A stretch of 64,000 nucleotides of DNA from Candidatus Sericytochromatia bacterium. Its GTDB lineage: Bacteria > Cyanobacteriota > Sericytochromatia > S15B-MN24 > VGJW01. Both the position numbers and the translations under genes were made by a program. The notes beneath the pieces were generated by a model. That model was given only the letters and a program-made list of their open reading frames with translations, was not told where the DNA came from and searched no databases. The stretch spans positions 64,001 to 128,000 of the forward strand of contig JAYKHS010000014.1 in the NCBI GenBank assembly GCA_035285865.1. The letters run 5' to 3'. Below, piece after piece: positions 48,883 through 58,575 of the stretch; position 1 is the first letter of the stretch, and every line of letters begins with the position of its first letter.

Positions 48883-50483
48883 GACAGGCTGACCCGCGGG
48901 CGATGCTTGCCGAACACACCCTTGAGTACGCCGCAGATCTCACCGACCGAGGCCATCGCGCGGACGGCTTCGGTGATGGGCGGCATCAGGTTCGCCTCGC
49001 CGCGTGCGGCGTCCTCGAGCCGAGCCAGGGTCGCGGCCACGGCCGAGGCGTCGCGGCCGGCGCGGACCGCCTGCAGGCGCTCGACCTGACGGCGTTCGGC
49101 AGCAGGATCGATGCGCTGCAGTTCGGGCGCAGGTTCATCATCGACCGTGAAGCGGTTGATGCCCACGATGACGCGCTTCTCGTCCTCGACCGCCTTCTGG
49201 AAGCGGTAGGCGGACTCGTGGATTTCGGCCTGGAAGAAGCCTGCCTCGATGGCCGCGAGTGCCCCGCCCATCGCGTCGATGCGGGCAAAGTAGTCGAGCA
49301 CCTCGGCCTCGATGCGATCCGTGAGGGCTTCGATGTAGTAGGATCCGCCGAGCGGGTCCACCGTGGCCGTGGCACCGCTCTCGTAGGCCAGCAACTGCTG
49401 GACGCGAAGCGCCGTGCGGGCCGTGGCTTCGGTCGGCAGGGCCAGAGCCTCGTCCTGGGCGTTCGTATGCAGCGATTGGGTGCCGCCGAGGACCGCAGCC
49501 AAGGCGGATAGCGTGGTCCGGACGATGTTGTTCTCCGGTTGCTGGGCCGTCAGCGAACTGCCGGCCGTCTGCGTGTGGAAGCGCAGTTGCATGCTCCTGG
49601 GGTTGCGCGCCCCGAAGCGCTCCTGCATCATCCGTGCCCAGATGCGCCTTGCGGCCCGGAACTTGGCCACTTCTTCGAGCACGTCGGTCCAGGCGCAGAA
49701 GAAGAACGACAACTGCGGCGCGAAGGAGTCGACGTCAAGGCCGCGCGCCAGAGCAGCCTCGACATAGGCTCGGGCATTGGCCAGGGTGAATGCGACCTCC
49801 TGCACGGCCGTGCAGCCGGCCTCGCGCATGTGGTAGCCGCTGATGGAGATGGTGTTCCATCGGGGCATCTCGGCGGCGCAGTGGGCGAAGATGTCCGTCA
49901 CGAGCCGCATCGAGGGCGCTGGCGGGAAGATGTAGGTGTTCCGCGCGACGTACTCCTTCAGGATGTCGTTCTGCGTCGTGCCGGAGATGCTTGACGGGTC
50001 GACGCCCTGTCGCTCTCCCACCACACGGTACATGGCCAGCAGCACGGCGGCCGGGGCGTTGATGGTCATCGAGGTGCTGACGGCACCGAGGTCGATTCCG
50101 GCGAAGAGCGTCTCCATGTCCGCGAGCGTGTCGATGGCCACGCCCGTTCGGCCGACCTCCCCGGTGGCCATCGGGTCATCCGAATCCAGTCCCATCTGGG
50201 TCGGCAGGTCGAAGGCCGTCGACAGGCCGGATTGCCCCTGAGCCAGCAGGTATCGGAAGCGGGCGTTGGTCTCCGAAGCCGACCCGAAACCTGCGTACTG
50301 GCGCATGGTCCAGAGGCGGCTGCGGTACATCTCGGGCTGGACGCCCCGGGTGTAGGGGAAGCCGGCCGGCTGCCCGAGCGCCGTTGTCGCGTCCCGGGTG
50401 TCTTCCGGTCCGTAGCACGCCGCCACCGGCTCTCCGGACCCGGTCACGCCCAGGTCAATGCGCGTCTGGCCCACCCGCGTCAT
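48879..50483 (-). CDS. methylmalonyl-CoA mutase, stand-alone substrate-binding (large) subunit
   Basis: [49 protein letters not shown]; no C-terminal B12 domain. Confidence 0.93.
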   Translation of the reverse strand: MTRVGQTRIDLGVTGSGEPVAACYGPEDTRDATTALGQPAGFPYTRGVQPEMYRSRLWTMRQYAGFGSASETNARFRYLLAQGQSGLSTAFDLPTQMGLDSDDPMATGEVGRTGVAIDTLADMETLFAGIDLGAVSTSMTINAPAAVLLAMYRVVGERQGVDPSSISGTTQNDILKEYVARNTYIFPPAPSMRLVTDIFAHCAAEMPRWNTISISGYHMREAGCTAVQEVAFTLANARAYVEAALARGLDVDSFAPQLSFFFCAWTDVLEEVAKFRAARRIWARMMQERFGARNPRSMQLRFHTQTAGSSLTAQQPENNIVRTTLSALAAVLGGTQSLHTNAQDEALALPTEATARTALRVQQLLAYESGATATVDPLGGSYYIEALTDRIEAEVLDYFARIDAMGGALAAIEAGFFQAEIHESAYRFQKAVEDEKRVIVGINRFTVDDEPAPELQRIDPAAERRQVERLQAVRAGRDASAVAATLARLEDAARGEANLMPPITEAVRAMASVGEICGVLKGVFGKHRPRVSLS

Positions 50484-52222
50484 GCCTCACCGCCCGGCTG
50501 GATGCGAACCAGCAACTGGCCACCTTCGACAGCGGTGCCGGCGACGACCGGCAGCTCGGCTACGATGCCCGCCACCGGAGCCACGACATCCGTTTCCATC
50601 TTCATCGCCTCGAGGACAAGCAGGCGCTGGCCGGCCGTGACCGCATCGCCTGCCGCCACGTCGACCCGGGTGACGGTCGCGTGCATGGGGGCCGTCACGC
50701 TGCCATTGCCGACTGGCCGAGCCGAAGCACGCGCCTTGCTGGCCTTGACCCGGCGCGACGCTGCCGGGGCGGCTGCGCCACGTTCGGATACCCGCACTTC
50801 AAAGCGTTGGCCGGAGACCTCCACGGCGAAGGTCCTCGCCGTGGGCTCGTCTGCAGCCTCACCTGCGGCAGGCGCGGGCGCCGCCAGCGTCGCTAGATCC
50901 GCTTCCGTCAGGACTTCGCCGATGAAGTGGGTCGAGACCTTGCCCTCTTGGAACTCGGGGCGGCCAAGGACCATGCGGTGCAGGCCGGCCGTGGTGGGCA
51001 CGCCCTCCACCACCAGCTCGGCAAGTGCCCGGCGCATTCGGGCGATGGCCTCGGAGCGGTCGGCACCCCGCGTCACGATCTTGGCAATCATGGAATCGTA
51101 CTGGTCCGGGATGCGCATGCCCGAGGCATAGGCATCCTCGACGCGGACGCCCGGCCCCGCCGGTCGGACATAGCGGACCAGCAACCCCGGAGCGGGCCGG
51201 AAGCGTGCCGAAGGGTCCTCGGCGTTCAAGCGACACTCGATCGCCCAGCCGCGAGGCTCCCGATGTTCCCAAACCGCCGGAACCGCCTCGCCGAAGGCCA
51301 CTTCCAGCATCGCCTTGACCAAGTCGACGTCGTAGACTTCCTCGGTGATGGCGTGCTCCACCTGGATGCGCGTGTTCATCTCGAGGAAGAACCACGCACC
51401 CCGCGACCAGAGGAACTCGACGGTCCCGGCACTGTCATAGCCGACCCGCTGGGCCAGGCGGACGGCCGCTGCCCCCATCTCCGCGCGGGTCGCGACGTCC
51501 AGTGCCGGCGACGGGCACTCCTCGACCAGCTTCTGGTGCCTGCGCTGGATGGAACACTCACGCTCGCCGAGATGGATGATCCGCCCGTGCTTGTCGCCGA
51601 GGACCTGGATTTCGATGTGGCGGGGTTCGGCAAGGTATTTCTCGAGGTAGACCTCGGGATCCTTGAAGTAGTTCAGGCCCTCGCGGCGTGCACGCTCCAA
51701 GGCACTGCCCGCTTCGTCGGGACGCCACACGACGACGAAACCCTTGCCCCCGCCACCGGCGGCCGCCTTGAGCGCGACGGGCCAGCCGACCCGTTCCCCG
51801 AAGGCGATGATCTCGGCTTCGTCGCGGACGTCCGAAGTCGTGCCCGGCACGATGGGGACACCTGCGGCCTCGGCCTCGCGCCGAGCTGCAGTCTTGCTGG
51901 CCATGCGCCGCATGGCGTCCGAGTTAGGACCGACCCACGCCAGCCCTGCGGCCTGCACCTGATCGGCGAAGGCGGCGTTCTCGGCGAGGAAGCCGTAGCC
52001 CGGATGGATGCCGTCCGCGCCGGCTTCGCGGGCGATAGCGAGAACCCGATCCCCGTCCAGGTAGCCCCCGGGCACATGCCACGCCGCATCAGCAGCCGAG
52101 ACGTGCATGGCCTCGCGATCGGCATCGCTGTAGATGGCGATCGCCTGCCAGCCTAGATCGCGACAGGCCCGAATCACGCGCAGCGCGATTTCTCCGCGAT
52201 TGGCGACCAGAATCCGACGCAT
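50480..52222 (-). CDS. biotin carboxylase / biotin carrier fusion (acyl-CoA carboxylase alpha)
   Basis: [49 protein letters not shown] biotin site. Confidence 0.94.
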   Translation of the reverse strand: MRRILVANRGEIALRVIRACRDLGWQAIAIYSDADREAMHVSAADAAWHVPGGYLDGDRVLAIAREAGADGIHPGYGFLAENAAFADQVQAAGLAWVGPNSDAMRRMASKTAARREAEAAGVPIVPGTTSDVRDEAEIIAFGERVGWPVALKAAAGGGGKGFVVVWRPDEAGSALERARREGLNYFKDPEVYLEKYLAEPRHIEIQVLGDKHGRIIHLGERECSIQRRHQKLVEECPSPALDVATRAEMGAAAVRLAQRVGYDSAGTVEFLWSRGAWFFLEMNTRIQVEHAITEEVYDVDLVKAMLEVAFGEAVPAVWEHREPRGWAIECRLNAEDPSARFRPAPGLLVRYVRPAGPGVRVEDAYASGMRIPDQYDSMIAKIVTRGADRSEAIARMRRALAELVVEGVPTTAGLHRMVLGRPEFQEGKVSTHFIGEVLTEADLATLAAPAPAAGEAADEPTARTFAVEVSGQRFEVRVSERGAAAPAASRRVKASKARASARPVGNGSVTAPMHATVTRVDVAAGDAVTAGQRLLVLEAMKMETDVVAPVAGIVAELPVVAGTAVEGGQLLVRIQPGGEA

Positions 52223-52274
52223 CGACCCGCCTCCCGCCGCCTCGGGGAGCCCCGCTCCGGTGCGGCCACGCGCC

Positions 52275-52283
52275 ATGCTAGCA
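52275..52283 (-). promoter_or_regulatory. extended -10 candidate TGCTAGCAT
   Basis: upstream of the GGGAGG SD and the BC-BCCP operon. Confidence 0.4.
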
Positions 52284-52390
52284 CGGGCGGCACGCGAGCC
52301 CTCTGCAGCCCGAAGCCACGGACGTTTAGCCCCCCTGAAGGATTGGGAACAACAAGAACGTCTCACCCTTCCCCCAGGGAGGCTTAGCCG

Positions 52391-53824
52391 ATGTCCCAGG
52401 TGAATTCCGGTTCCGGGTTCGTCTACGTTCCTTCCTTCTCGGAAGTGAACCATCGCCCGCAGACCCAGACGCCGGTCCCGACCGAGCAGACCTTCCTGCC
52501 CGAGCCCACCCTCGTCCAGCCGCCGCCCGAGCCCGTGATCCGGCCGGAGCCGGTCCCGACGCCCCAGCCGCCGCGGTACCAGACGAGCGAGATCAAGGCT
52601 GATGGTCTCAATGCTTGCAGCTGGGGTGATCCGCATTTCGTGAGCGGCGACGGTCGCAAGTGGGACAACATGTTGCTTGCCGACATCGTGCTGGCCCGCA
52701 GCAAGGCCGGGGATCTCGAGATTCAATCGCGTCAGGAGCAGGTGGCCGGCCAGAGCAACGGCGTCACCTTCAACACCGAGGCGGCCGTCCGTTTCGGCAA
52801 GGAAGTCATCCGGTATGACGGCAAGAGCAACACGCTGACGCTCGATGGTCGCAAGCTCGACCTCAAGCCGGGCCAAACGGTGGCGCTCGATGGCGGTGGC
52901 TTCATCGAAAAGGTCGGCAACGACATCCGGATGGTGTCGGCCAAGGGTGATGAGGTCACCATCAAGGAGATGGGAGCCTACATCGACATTCATGTCACGC
53001 TTTCCGCCGCGCGCGGGGACGGCGAGGTGACGGGCGGGCTCGGTCGTTTCGACGCCGACACGGACGCCGGCAATGATCTGGTGATGCGGGATGGCAGCCA
53101 GACCCAGGACGTCGACAAGTTCAACAGCGAGTGGGTCGTCGGAGCGTCGGAGAGCCTGTTTGGGCTCGCGGACCGCGAGGCGGGCAAGGCCGCAGCCCAG
53201 AATCGGGTGGATGCGGCCGAGGCCAAGGTCGGCGAGCTGGCCGAGGCCGGTGAGGCAGCCCTGCGCAAGAACCCGATGGCGCGCACTGCGGCGGACAAGG
53301 CGACCGTAGCGGCCTATGAGGCGGCGAAGAAGGAACTCGCGGACGCACAGGCCGACTTGCAGGTCTTCGAGAATGACCGGGCTCGCGTGCTGGCGATGCA
53401 GGGGGTGTCCTCCTACGAGCAATTGCACGACCTGCTGTTGCAGGCCATCGCGGATCGGGGGCGCTACCAGCCCAGAGCCATGGCACTTTCGGCTACGGCG
53501 AACTTCGACCCGGGAGCGCTTTCGGCCGTCGACAGGGACATCCTTGCTCTGTTTCAGCGGATCCAGGAGCAGGAGAAGGAGTTGCGGCGTCGACTCGAGG
53601 AGGCCGAGGCCGGTCGCAAGGCCGCCGGGCAGCCCGTCCCGCGCACGACGCCCACGCGGATGCTGGGCCCCGTCCAGCCCGGTTCGCCTGCCACGCGCAT
53701 GCTGCGTCCCACGACCGGCACGCCGCAGCCGACTCCGGCTCCGGTCACGCCGCCCGGCATCTTCACGGCACCGGCCACTGATCTCGCCGGGAGTGGCGGC
53801 GGCCCCCGGATTACGGTTCGCTGA
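52391..53824 (+). CDS. von Willebrand factor type D (VWD) domain protein with coiled coil and Pro-rich ends
   Basis: ACSWGDPHFVSGDG, LEIQSRQ, FNTEAAV, GGLGRFDAD..ND; GGAGG SD. Confidence 0.75.
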   Translation: MSQVNSGSGFVYVPSFSEVNHRPQTQTPVPTEQTFLPEPTLVQPPPEPVIRPEPVPTPQPPRYQTSEIKADGLNACSWGDPHFVSGDGRKWDNMLLADIVLARSKAGDLEIQSRQEQVAGQSNGVTFNTEAAVRFGKEVIRYDGKSNTLTLDGRKLDLKPGQTVALDGGGFIEKVGNDIRMVSAKGDEVTIKEMGAYIDIHVTLSAARGDGEVTGGLGRFDADTDAGNDLVMRDGSQTQDVDKFNSEWVVGASESLFGLADREAGKAAAQNRVDAAEAKVGELAEAGEAALRKNPMARTAADKATVAAYEAAKKELADAQADLQVFENDRARVLAMQGVSSYEQLHDLLLQAIADRGRYQPRAMALSATANFDPGALSAVDRDILALFQRIQEQEKELRRRLEEAEAGRKAAGQPVPRTTPTRMLGPVQPGSPATRMLRPTTGTPQPTPAPVTPPGIFTAPATDLAGSGGGPRITVR

Positions 53825-53849
53825 CCCCGACTGACGACGAGCCTTGGCC

Positions 53850-55061
53850 ATGCCTCCTTCGCAGCTTCTCCCTGATCTCGCTCCTCGGCTGGTGGCTTGG
53901 CGTCGTGATCTGCACATGCACCCCGAACTCGGCTTTGCCGAGCATCGCACGGCTGCCAAGGTGGCCGAGGTCCTCGCGCCGATGGTTTCCGAGGGGATGC
54001 AGATTCGGCCAGGCATCGCAGGCACGGGCCTTGCCGCGACCATCACCGGCGGGCGTCCGGGCAGGTGTCTGCTGGTGCGGGCCGACATGGACGCCTTGCC
54101 CATCCTCGAGGCCGATGACGGCAGGCCTTATCGGTCGCTTGTGGACGGCGTGATGCACGCGTGCGGCCATGATGGGCACGTGGCCATCCTGCTCGGTCTC
54201 GCCGAGCGCCTGTGGGCCCGGCGTCACGAGTTGGCCGGCACCGTCCGGCTCGTATTCCAGCCCGCCGAAGAGGGGCCCGGCGGCGCCGCGCCCATGATTG
54301 CCGAGGGCGTCCTCGAGGAGCCTCGCGTCGACGCGGCTATCGGGCTGCATCTCTGGAGCCAGTTGCCGGCGGGCACGATGGGGGTGCGCAGCGGGCCGGT
54401 CATGGCGGCGACGGACCAGATGGACATCGTCGTGGCCGGTTGCGGCGGTCACGGCGCCAAGCCTCAGGAAACGGTGGACGCCATCGTGCTGGCGGCTCAG
54501 GTGGTCAATGGCCTGCAGACTCTGGTCTCGCGCAACGTCGACCCGCTGCAACCCGCTGTCCTCACGCTGGGCACGATCAACGGTGGGTTCCGGCACAACG
54601 TCATCGCCCCCGAGGTCCGTCTGAGCGGTACGGTGCGCACTTACGCGCCAGAGGTTCAGGACTTGCTGGAGCGTCGCATCACCGAGGTCGTGGAAGGGCT
54701 TTGCGGGGCGATGGGGGGCTGCGGCCATGTCCAGTACACGCGAACCTACCCCGCAACTGTCAATCATGCGGGCATGACCCGGCTCGTGGCCGAGGCCGGA
54801 CGGGCCGTGCTGGGCGACGCAGCAGTCGTGCTTGCCGAGCCCTCGATGGGCGGAGAGGACATGGCCTACTTCCTCGAGGCCGTTCCGGGCAGCTTCTTCT
54901 TCCTCGGTGCAGCCCGACCGGACGCCGCGCCGGGGGCGCCCCACCATAGCCCCGGGTTCGACATCGACGAGTCCGCCCTGCCGTGCGGCGTTGCCGTGCT
55001 CGAGGAGGCCGTGTTCCGTTTCCTTGCCGACCCGGAACCGTGGCTCGGCGAAGAGGCCTGA
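53850..55061 (+). CDS. M20D-family amidohydrolase
   Basis: WRRDLHMHPELGFAE, RADMDALP, MHACGHDGH, FQPAEEG, GGEDMA, PHHSPGF. Confidence 0.92.
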   Translation: MPPSQLLPDLAPRLVAWRRDLHMHPELGFAEHRTAAKVAEVLAPMVSEGMQIRPGIAGTGLAATITGGRPGRCLLVRADMDALPILEADDGRPYRSLVDGVMHACGHDGHVAILLGLAERLWARRHELAGTVRLVFQPAEEGPGGAAPMIAEGVLEEPRVDAAIGLHLWSQLPAGTMGVRSGPVMAATDQMDIVVAGCGGHGAKPQETVDAIVLAAQVVNGLQTLVSRNVDPLQPAVLTLGTINGGFRHNVIAPEVRLSGTVRTYAPEVQDLLERRITEVVEGLCGAMGGCGHVQYTRTYPATVNHAGMTRLVAEAGRAVLGDAAVVLAEPSMGGEDMAYFLEAVPGSFFFLGAARPDAAPGAPHHSPGFDIDESALPCGVAVLEEAVFRFLADPEPWLGEEA

Positions 55062-55071
55062 AGGGCGTCGA

Positions 55072-56055
55072 TCAGGCAGGGTTGCCTGAGGCCATGGCCT
55101 TGGTGGCGGCTCGGACGTGGTGGCCCATGTAGCGCGTGCAGGCCACGAGCGTGGTGCGTTCAGCGTCGGCCGATGGCGCGTCGGGCAGTTCCGGCCAGTT
55201 TGCTGCGGCCTCGCGGTCGCCCGTGGCCATCCGCTCCAGTGCTGCGGCTACGCGCGGCAAAACCTGTTCGTGGTCCGCATCCCTCACGCGCAGCAGGTCA
55301 AGGCCATAGTGTCCGGCCATCTCCAAGTGCCGGAGCGCAGCCTCGTAAGCGGAAAAGCGCTCGGCTGCGGCGGCCTGGCGTCCGGCACGCCACCAGCTCC
55401 ACTCCTGACGGAAGGCCCCCGCTTCCTGACGCCAGGCGACGAGGTCCCCATGCAGGATGTCGAAGGCCGCCGGCTCCTCTCCCGCACGGGTCCGCTCCAG
55501 CCCGGTCCGGAAGGCCTGCGCGAGGTCCCTGCCACCCTGCCGCAGGCGCGCGCCGAGCATGGAGCCGTAGTACCAGGGACCCAGCAACAGGGTGACGAGC
55601 ACGCCGCTCACCACCCCGACGAAGACAGCGATCATCCGGACGGGACCCGCGACCAGTTGGGGTTCGACGGGCATCTGGTACATGTACAGCGCCGAGAACA
55701 GGGCGACAGCCAGCGTCCCGAAACTCGCCCTGCGCCAGAGCACGAGGGACGCCGTCAGAAAGATCGCCAGGGCGAGCGGGCCTGCGGCCACGGGGCCGAG
55801 CGCCAGCAGCAGCGAGCCGATCAGGGCGCCCGCAAGGCTGCCGAGCAACTGCGAAACGGCCTCCTTGAGTCCCCCCGTGACCGTCGGCTGCACGCACATC
55901 ATCGCGACGAATCCTGCCGACAAGCCATCCTTGGGCAGGCTCGCGGGCAGCAGGCCCAGACTTGTCACGGCCACGGCCGCTGCAACACCCAGCTTGAATG
56001 GGTACACGAACCACAGGAGCCGATCGGGAATACTCAGGGTGACCATGTCGCCCAT
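55072..56055 (-). CDS. FUSC/aromatic acid exporter-like membrane protein
   Basis: KLGVAAAVA...SAGFVAMMCVQPT, several TMs then a helical soluble tail. Confidence 0.7.
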   Translation of the reverse strand: MGDMVTLSIPDRLLWFVYPFKLGVAAAVAVTSLGLLPASLPKDGLSAGFVAMMCVQPTVTGGLKEAVSQLLGSLAGALIGSLLLALGPVAAGPLALAIFLTASLVLWRRASFGTLAVALFSALYMYQMPVEPQLVAGPVRMIAVFVGVVSGVLVTLLLGPWYYGSMLGARLRQGGRDLAQAFRTGLERTRAGEEPAAFDILHGDLVAWRQEAGAFRQEWSWWRAGRQAAAAERFSAYEAALRHLEMAGHYGLDLLRVRDADHEQVLPRVAAALERMATGDREAAANWPELPDAPSADAERTTLVACTRYMGHHVRAATKAMASGNPA

Positions 56056-56082
56056 CGTACCCGCCGGCCTGCGTCACGTCTG

Positions 56083-56091
56083 TGGTATAGT
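56083..56091 (+). promoter_or_regulatory. extended -10 candidate TGGTATAGT
   Basis: near-consensus, 40 nt upstream of ATG 56131. Confidence 0.5.
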
Positions 56092-56130
56092 CGAGGCCTG
56101 TGGCTTTTGCGCTCTTTTTCCGGTGATGGC

Positions 56131-57993
56131 ATGACAGATCCCGCGCGCAGCGCGCTCATCGTCGATCATGGCTCCGTGTGGCAGGCTCTGCGCCAGCGAT
56201 TCGGTGCCGGTACCATCGATGACGACTTCGCGGTCGACCTGGTCGCCAACCTGCAGGAAAAGGTGGCCGAAATTGCTCCGGACAGCCGCTGCATCGTTCT
56301 GGGCGATTGGTCGGATCCCGAACTGGGCCAGCATGCCCGGATGTTTGCCCGCTGCGGTTTCGAGGTGGTCATGGACATGGCCGCCATCCCGGCTCCGGAG
56401 GGCGGTCGCTTCCGCGCGACTCTGGACGAGCACCTCGCCCGGCATCCGCAGGCCACGACCCTGATCCTCGCCACCACGGACGGCAGCCTCGCCGCCGACC
56501 TCGAGGCCCTGCGCCAGCAACAGCGCATCGTCCTGGTCTGGGGCATCCGCACGGCGACGCCGCAGGCGCTGTGCGAGGCCGCCACCAACTACGCCTTTCT
56601 GGACGAGATGCTCAGCGACGTCCTTGACCTGGCCCAGCAGGTGCCCTCCGAGCGCTCGCCCGCCCCGCCTGCACGTCCCGGCGTCAGGCCCGGGACCGGA
56701 CCCTTCAAGGGACGGCCCGAGGCAGACGAGGAAGGCCTCGGCCCGCGCGAGGCTGCAGGCGACCTGCGGGATCGCGGCGAGCATGTCGGCACCCTCGATG
56801 CCATCATCGTCTACGCCGATTACTACATGCGGGCCAATCGCTTCGACTTCCTGACCTTCGCCAAGTTCCTGGATTTCCTGCACCAGCGCGACCTCGTCGG
56901 CCATACGGATGCCGAACGCGAAATCTGGCTCAAGTCGGCCGTCGAGACGCCTTCGTTCCACATCGAGTCCGTCACGCTCGTCGACCAGCACACCCATGAG
57001 CCCAAGACCATCCGGCGCTTCCGGCTTGTCGGACAGGATGCCCGCGTGGACGAGGCCCGGCGCATGCTGGCCGAGATCCTGGCCTTCCTGTCCGGAACGC
57101 TCACGGATACCTTCAACCCCAGCTTCAGCAAGCTGCGCGACCATCTGCAGCAGCAGTTCCCGGCTTTGACGATGGATCGGATTCACGGCTGGCTCTCCTG
57201 GTACAAGGAGACGCGCGTCATCCTGTCCAAGGAAGTGCCGCACAAGAAGGATCCGTCCATCCGGGTCAAGCTGATCCGCCTGAACCCCGACCACTTCCTG
57301 ATCAAGCACCTCGCGGCCGGTCCGTACTTCGGCCCGGAGGAGACGCTCGTGTGTCTGCTGGATGCCTATCTGGTCGAGCATGACCATGAGTGGATGGCCG
57401 CCAGCAAGTTGCTCGAGCGGCTGGCGGACAAGCTCGTCCAGGACGGCCGTGCGCCGGTGGAGGCGCGTCGCGAGGCCAAGGAGGTGCTGGATGCGGCCAA
57501 GCAGGCCGGCCTTATCACCGTTTCCAAGCCTGCGGCCCGCAGCGAAACGCTTTCCGACGACACGGAAGCGGCTCCCGCTGCTCCCCCCCCGGCCAGTCAG
57601 GTCTACCTGTGCGACGACAAGGAGTGGGTCTGCGACATTCTCGATCGCCGGGATGACCTGATCCAGGCCATGCACGATGCCCTGCGGGGCCGTGTCTGGA
57701 TTGCCCGCAGCACGCTTCAGCGCGAGTTGCTGCCTCTCTTTGCAGAGGACAGCCGCCAGGAGAGCGAGGCCCGGCCGCACGAGCGCATCCACTTCTGGAT
57801 CGGTCTGATGACCTACCTGCGCCAGTTCGTGCCCCGGCAGGTTCCCAATCCCCGCGGAGGCACCACCCACGCGCTCGTCCTCAACCCGTCGAGCAAGGTC
57901 GTCCAGGCTGCCCTCGAGGACCTCGGCTATGACGACGAAGCCGAAGGCGATGCCGAGGACGAAGGGGATCCGGTCGCCGGCACCAGCATCTGA
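56131..57993 (+). CDS. degenerate NYN/LabA-like domain plus tandem winged-helix-like repeats
   Basis: ALIVDHGSV, TLILATTDGSL...LRQQQRIVLVWG...ALCEAATNYAFLDE; four segments ending in R/Y-x-L strands. Confidence 0.65.
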   Translation: MTDPARSALIVDHGSVWQALRQRFGAGTIDDDFAVDLVANLQEKVAEIAPDSRCIVLGDWSDPELGQHARMFARCGFEVVMDMAAIPAPEGGRFRATLDEHLARHPQATTLILATTDGSLAADLEALRQQQRIVLVWGIRTATPQALCEAATNYAFLDEMLSDVLDLAQQVPSERSPAPPARPGVRPGTGPFKGRPEADEEGLGPREAAGDLRDRGEHVGTLDAIIVYADYYMRANRFDFLTFAKFLDFLHQRDLVGHTDAEREIWLKSAVETPSFHIESVTLVDQHTHEPKTIRRFRLVGQDARVDEARRMLAEILAFLSGTLTDTFNPSFSKLRDHLQQQFPALTMDRIHGWLSWYKETRVILSKEVPHKKDPSIRVKLIRLNPDHFLIKHLAAGPYFGPEETLVCLLDAYLVEHDHEWMAASKLLERLADKLVQDGRAPVEARREAKEVLDAAKQAGLITVSKPAARSETLSDDTEAAPAAPPPASQVYLCDDKEWVCDILDRRDDLIQAMHDALRGRVWIARSTLQRELLPLFAEDSRQESEARPHERIHFWIGLMTYLRQFVPRQVPNPRGGTTHALVLNPSSKVVQAALEDLGYDDEAEGDAEDEGDPVAGTSI

Positions 57994-57999
57994 CGGTCT

Positions 58000-58575
58000 T
58001 CAGGCCAGCTGTTGCAGCAGGGCTTCGAGTGCCCTGCCGCGATGCGACAGGGCGTCCTTCTGGGCAGGAGTGGCCTCGGCCAGCGTGCAGCCCAATGCCG
58101 GACAGTGGAACACGGGGTCGTAACCGAATCCGCCCGCTCCGGCCGGCTCGAGGGTAATGCTCCCTTCGACCCGGCCCTCCGTCTCGAGGAGCCGACCATC
58201 GGGCCAAGCGAGACATAGCGCGCAGACGAAGGCAGCCCGTCGATCCGGTGTCGCGCCCAGTTCGTCCAGCACGCGCGCGATTCGGGCCTCGGGCGTGTCG
58301 GCATAGCGTGCCGAATGGATGCCGGGCCGCCCATCGAGGGCCGTGACGACGAGGCCGGAATCGTCGGCAAGCGCCACGCGGCCCGTCATTCTTGCGACCG
58401 TCACGGCCTTCTTGCGGGCATTGCCGGCGAATGTGTCGGCATCCTCCTCGACTTCGATGGCATGCTCGAGGGCCGCGAGTCGCAACGGGCCGCCGGGCGG
58501 AAGCATCCTGCCGAATTCTTCCAGCTTGTGGGCATTGGTCGTCGCCAGCACGACCTCTAGGGCGTCGGTGCTCAT
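58000..58575 (-). CDS. rdgB: non-canonical purine NTP pyrophosphatase (HAM1)
   Basis: ATTNAHKLEE, LADDSGL, PGIHSARY, GFGYDPVF, KDALSHRGRA. Confidence 0.95.
   Translation of the reverse strand: MSTDALEVVLATTNAHKLEEFGRMLPPGGPLRLAALEHAIEVEEDADTFAGNARKKAVTVARMTGRVALADDSGLVVTALDGRPGIHSARYADTPEARIARVLDELGATPDRRAAFVCALCLAWPDGRLLETEGRVEGSITLEPAGAGGFGYDPVFHCPALGCTLAEATPAQKDALSHRGRALEALLQQLA

Noticed and set aside
52223..54103. Apparent 600-aa N-terminal extension on the biotin carboxylase
   Set aside because: Antisense to the VWD and amidohydrolase genes; a good SD and ATG exist at 52222
55117..56130. N-terminal extension of the NYN-like protein
   Set aside because: Antisense to the membrane protein gene; promoter and ATG lie at 56083-56131
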